Shown here piece by piece: positions 16,383-19,011 of a stretch of DNA of 19,011 bases. The position numbers and the translations under genes are program-made. Location: contig JBHLNT010000075.1 in assembly GCA_048941265.1 (NCBI GenBank), positions 1-19,011 on the forward strand, given 5' to 3'. Origin of the DNA: Promethearchaeota archaeon (lineage in GTDB: Archaea; Asgardarchaeota; Lokiarchaeia; Sigyniarchaeales; SOKP01). Below the pieces are notes generated by a model that was not told the origin of the DNA, searched no databases, and saw nothing but the letters and a program-made list of their open reading frames with translations. Position 1 is the stretch's first letter. Each line of letters opens with the position of its first letter.

Positions 16383-18623
16383 TTAACTAGGCTGTAATTT
16401 CAAGATACCTTCTAAATTCTTTGTTATAGTTTCCTTGGTAAATAACATAGGAATATATTTTCCTTTTACGTATAACTTTATTAAATCATTATAATGCTTA
16501 TGGAATGGTAAGCCAGATTGCCCTCCTGGTATTATGCAAATAGAGTTATCCCAATCAGTCATGTCATGGATTTGACGAAAAGAAGGCCCAACAAGTGTAT
16601 CAAATGGATTTAAAGGATCAGCATACGCATTATTCAGCGTGTTTCTATCACCTCCTACTTTATAAGGCCCTATATTTAAGACTTTAGCTTCAGCGTTCGC
16701 AAGAGAGAAAGGATGAACTAGTGTTAATGTATGGATATTCCCCCATTTCCACTTATTGTGATCTTTAGAGACGTTTTTTGCTAGAAATTCAATTGTCATA
16801 TGAAATGTATTTAATAGAAGCTCCTTGAATTCCGCAGGTTTAGTATCATACAATTTAAATAATCGAATCAATTCAAGGGAAATGCTTCCTAAAAATGGGT
16901 TTAAACTTTCTTCCCCTATAAGAGGTATTAAAATGGCTTGTTGAAGTTTTAAAAACCAGACTTTATAAATTGTAGCAGCAATACTCTGTTTTGTCATATG
17001 AAAGTCCCAATTTTCTAAAATTGCTATGACGTCCAAATACTTATCAGGAATGTTACAAGTTTTTAAAATGTCTAATATTTTTGGTAATACTTCGGCGGCT
17101 TCTTCACTTCGCTGGTCTAGTTGAATATCGATAAAATCTTGAAAAGAAAATTTTTCTTTCGATTGAAATATCTTTTTTAATCTTCTATGTCGATAAGGCT
17201 CATCAGTATCTCGTGCTAGTAGTAGTCCTTTTGGCGCCTTATCTTCATTAAAATTTGCATTAAAAATATAGCCGCAGTCAGGATTATAAATCGAGACCAT
17301 TTCTTCATAGTTAGATAGACGTTCCCAATTATATTTTTCTTCAGTACCGGGAGTTGTAGTTGCTCCATCTCCATATTTCCGCACTGGGATCCTCCCTCCA
17401 TGCTGAAGACCTATATTTCCGTTTATGTCTCCATAGGAAAAATTGATTGGATTTATTGTTAGCAATTTTAATCCCTCCCGAAATTCTTCCCAATTTGAAG
17501 CTGCATCCACTTTAATAAATGCTTCTAATGAATCTTCTATATTAGCCACATAGCCAGACCAACGCAGAGCATAAGTACTAGGAAGTTGTATTTTATACAG
17601 GCGATCATCTCGTTCAAAATATTTCACAGCTGGTCCAAAGTTTGATACATATATTTTAAAAGGGATGGAATCTGAGTCTTTAACGATAATTGGGTCTTCT
17701 AGTATTTCAAAATTTATCCATTGTCCGTTATATTTATATTGGTTTTCATTTTCAGGATTTAAATCAAGCTTAAATAAGTCGATTGTATCAGCGTGAACAT
17801 TGGTCGCTCCAAATGCTATATGATCATTATGTCCAATGATTATTAAAGGAATTCCGGGAAATGAAGCACCAAAAATATTGAATTTTGGACAATGTAAATG
17901 AACTAAAAACCAAATTGCTGGAAGTGTAAGTGGCAAATGAGGATCATTTGCGAACAAAACTGAGCCTGTTTCGGACTTATTTGGGCTTACTATCCAACAA
18001 CTGCTTCCCATAGAGTTTGAAACTCTTGCACCAGAATAAAGAGGAATAAGACTGTCTGCCATTTTATGTCCTAATTTGCTAATTAATTGCTCCCTTAGTA
18101 TCTCCATTGGATAATTCCAACAACTCTGCCCCCAATCTATAAACGTTAGAACTTTGAGTGAATCTTCGATTTGCCAGTCCCTTATTTCCAAATTTAAAGC
18201 AGCAAATTCTACAGGGGGACTAATTCTTGCTTTCTCTAATCCTGCATTCACTCCGTTTTTATATGCATTTAAGCAACGGTACACTTGGCTGTCTTGATTT
18301 TTACCAATTCTTTCAGCACTACTTTTTGCCATTCGATGTAATCCAATAATTTTATAGTGTTTATCGCTATCAATCGCTTCTTCACTAACAATTTCTGAGA
18401 GTTCCCCGGATATTAAGCGTCTGAAGAGTTCCATTTGGAATAAACGATGGCGTGCATGAACATAGCCTTGAGAGAAATATGCATCTTCAGCACATTTAGC
18501 AAATATATGTGGAATACCCCATTTGTCCCATAATATTTCAACGTCCTTTTTAATACCTTCTAAAATCTCAGTACCCTTTAATGGAGGAAAAGCTTTTTTC
18601 GCAATTTCTAAAAAATTTTCCAT
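16383..18623 (-). CDS. Penicillin acylase family Ntn-hydrolase (peptidase S45)
   Basis: DKWGIPHIFA, LFQMEL, GSSCW...ANDPHL (Ser207 predicted nucleophile), PGGQSG. No signal peptide or N-terminal anchor. Confidence 0.92.
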   Translation of the reverse strand: MENFLEIAKKAFPPLKGTEILEGIKKDVEILWDKWGIPHIFAKCAEDAYFSQGYVHARHRLFQMELFRRLISGELSEIVSEEAIDSDKHYKIIGLHRMAKSSAERIGKNQDSQVYRCLNAYKNGVNAGLEKARISPPVEFAALNLEIRDWQIEDSLKVLTFIDWGQSCWNYPMEILREQLISKLGHKMADSLIPLYSGARVSNSMGSSCWIVSPNKSETGSVLFANDPHLPLTLPAIWFLVHLHCPKFNIFGASFPGIPLIIIGHNDHIAFGATNVHADTIDLFKLDLNPENENQYKYNGQWINFEILEDPIIVKDSDSIPFKIYVSNFGPAVKYFERDDRLYKIQLPSTYALRWSGYVANIEDSLEAFIKVDAASNWEEFREGLKLLTINPINFSYGDINGNIGLQHGGRIPVRKYGDGATTTPGTEEKYNWERLSNYEEMVSIYNPDCGYIFNANFNEDKAPKGLLLARDTDEPYRHRRLKKIFQSKEKFSFQDFIDIQLDQRSEEAAEVLPKILDILKTCNIPDKYLDVIAILENWDFHMTKQSIAATIYKVWFLKLQQAILIPLIGEESLNPFLGSISLELIRLFKLYDTKPAEFKELLLNTFHMTIEFLAKNVSKDHNKWKWGNIHTLTLVHPFSLANAEAKVLNIGPYKVGGDRNTLNNAYADPLNPFDTLVGPSFRQIHDMTDWDNSICIIPGGQSGLPFHKHYNDLIKLYVKGKYIPMLFTKETITKNLEGILKLQPS

Positions 18624-18665
18624 AATTTATCTTTGATTTTTAAAAATTTTAAGAATTTCTAGTTA

Positions 18666-18818
18666 TGCCCCACTCATGAGTGGATTTTTGTCCTTTGGTT
18701 AGTGTAAGTATTATCGACTTATAAAATAATAGTAATTCGTTTAGCTTAAAGCAATAATACTATAAATCACAACTCATAACCATATTACATGATTTCGCAA
18801 GATTTATTGAGTGGGGCA
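18666..18818. mobile_element. 153-bp MITE-like element with terminal inverted repeats and TA flanks
   Basis: TTATGCCCCACTCA (18663-18676) and TGAGTGGGGCATAA (18808-18821) form a perfect 14-bp inverted repeat. Parsed as TA|TGCCCCACTCA...TGAGTGGGGCA|TA; TA duplication is typical of IS630/Tc1-mariner. AT-rich non-coding interior. Confidence 0.65.
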
Positions 18819-18842
18819 TAAATTATGAAAATCATTTTCGAA

Positions 18843-18850
18843 TATATAAA
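18843..18850 (-). promoter_or_regulatory. Candidate TATA box (TTTATATA) for the acylase gene
   Basis: Canonical archaeal TATA on the minus strand, about 65 nt from the ATG if the MITE is removed. Confidence 0.4.
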
Positions 18851-19011
18851 TCACTACAGATTGCATATTTACTTAAGAATCTTTTAAACAATAAGGAGGG
18901 TATCAGATTTCAAACGATTCAATTTCATAGTTTTAAAATTGAAAAAATATCTCATATAAAACAGTTAAATAAAAAAGATTAATTAGGTAGTTTTAAATTT
19001 GGGTTATTTTG

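Noticed and set aside
15490-17401. ORFs 15490-15675 (-) and 17216-17401 (-)
   Set aside because: Antisense to the permease, or an alternative frame inside the acylase; no motifs.
1-19011. CRISPR array, tRNA, rRNA, transposase or defence genes
   Set aside because: No regularly spaced repeats, GC-rich structured RNA tracts or matching protein motifs were seen.

Overview
AT-rich prokaryotic DNA that looks like an Asgard archaeon (Lokiarchaeia/Promethearchaeota-like). This is inferred from TATA-type promoters, oligo-T terminators, GGTGA ribosome-binding sites, and longin-like, cyclin/TFIIB-like and PCI-like domains. There are about 16 genes. In order: a truncated AbrB-like/helical protein missed by the ORF track (1-767), a longin-like/Zn-finger protein, TrmJ, a fused corrinoid/MtaA-type methyltransferase whose cobalt-ligand His is replaced by Trp, a GPH-family MFS transporter, an amidase, a NIPSNAP-like protein, a divergent cyclin/TFIIB-like and RHH-wHTH pair with a palindrome between them, a SAM methyltransferase, a FabK/NMO-family flavoprotein lacking the usual His, a thioesterase, a YdjM-like membrane hydrolase, a DrrAB-like ABC exporter and a penicillin-acylase-family enzyme. 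Non-coding structure includes a 153-bp TA-flanked MITE-like element upstream of the acylase, and a rearrangement scar at 13578-13699 (3' end of a lost acylase paralog fused to a decayed copy of the hydrolase leader). No rRNA, tRNA or CRISPR array was seen. All family calls come from motif recognition by eye; no searches were run.
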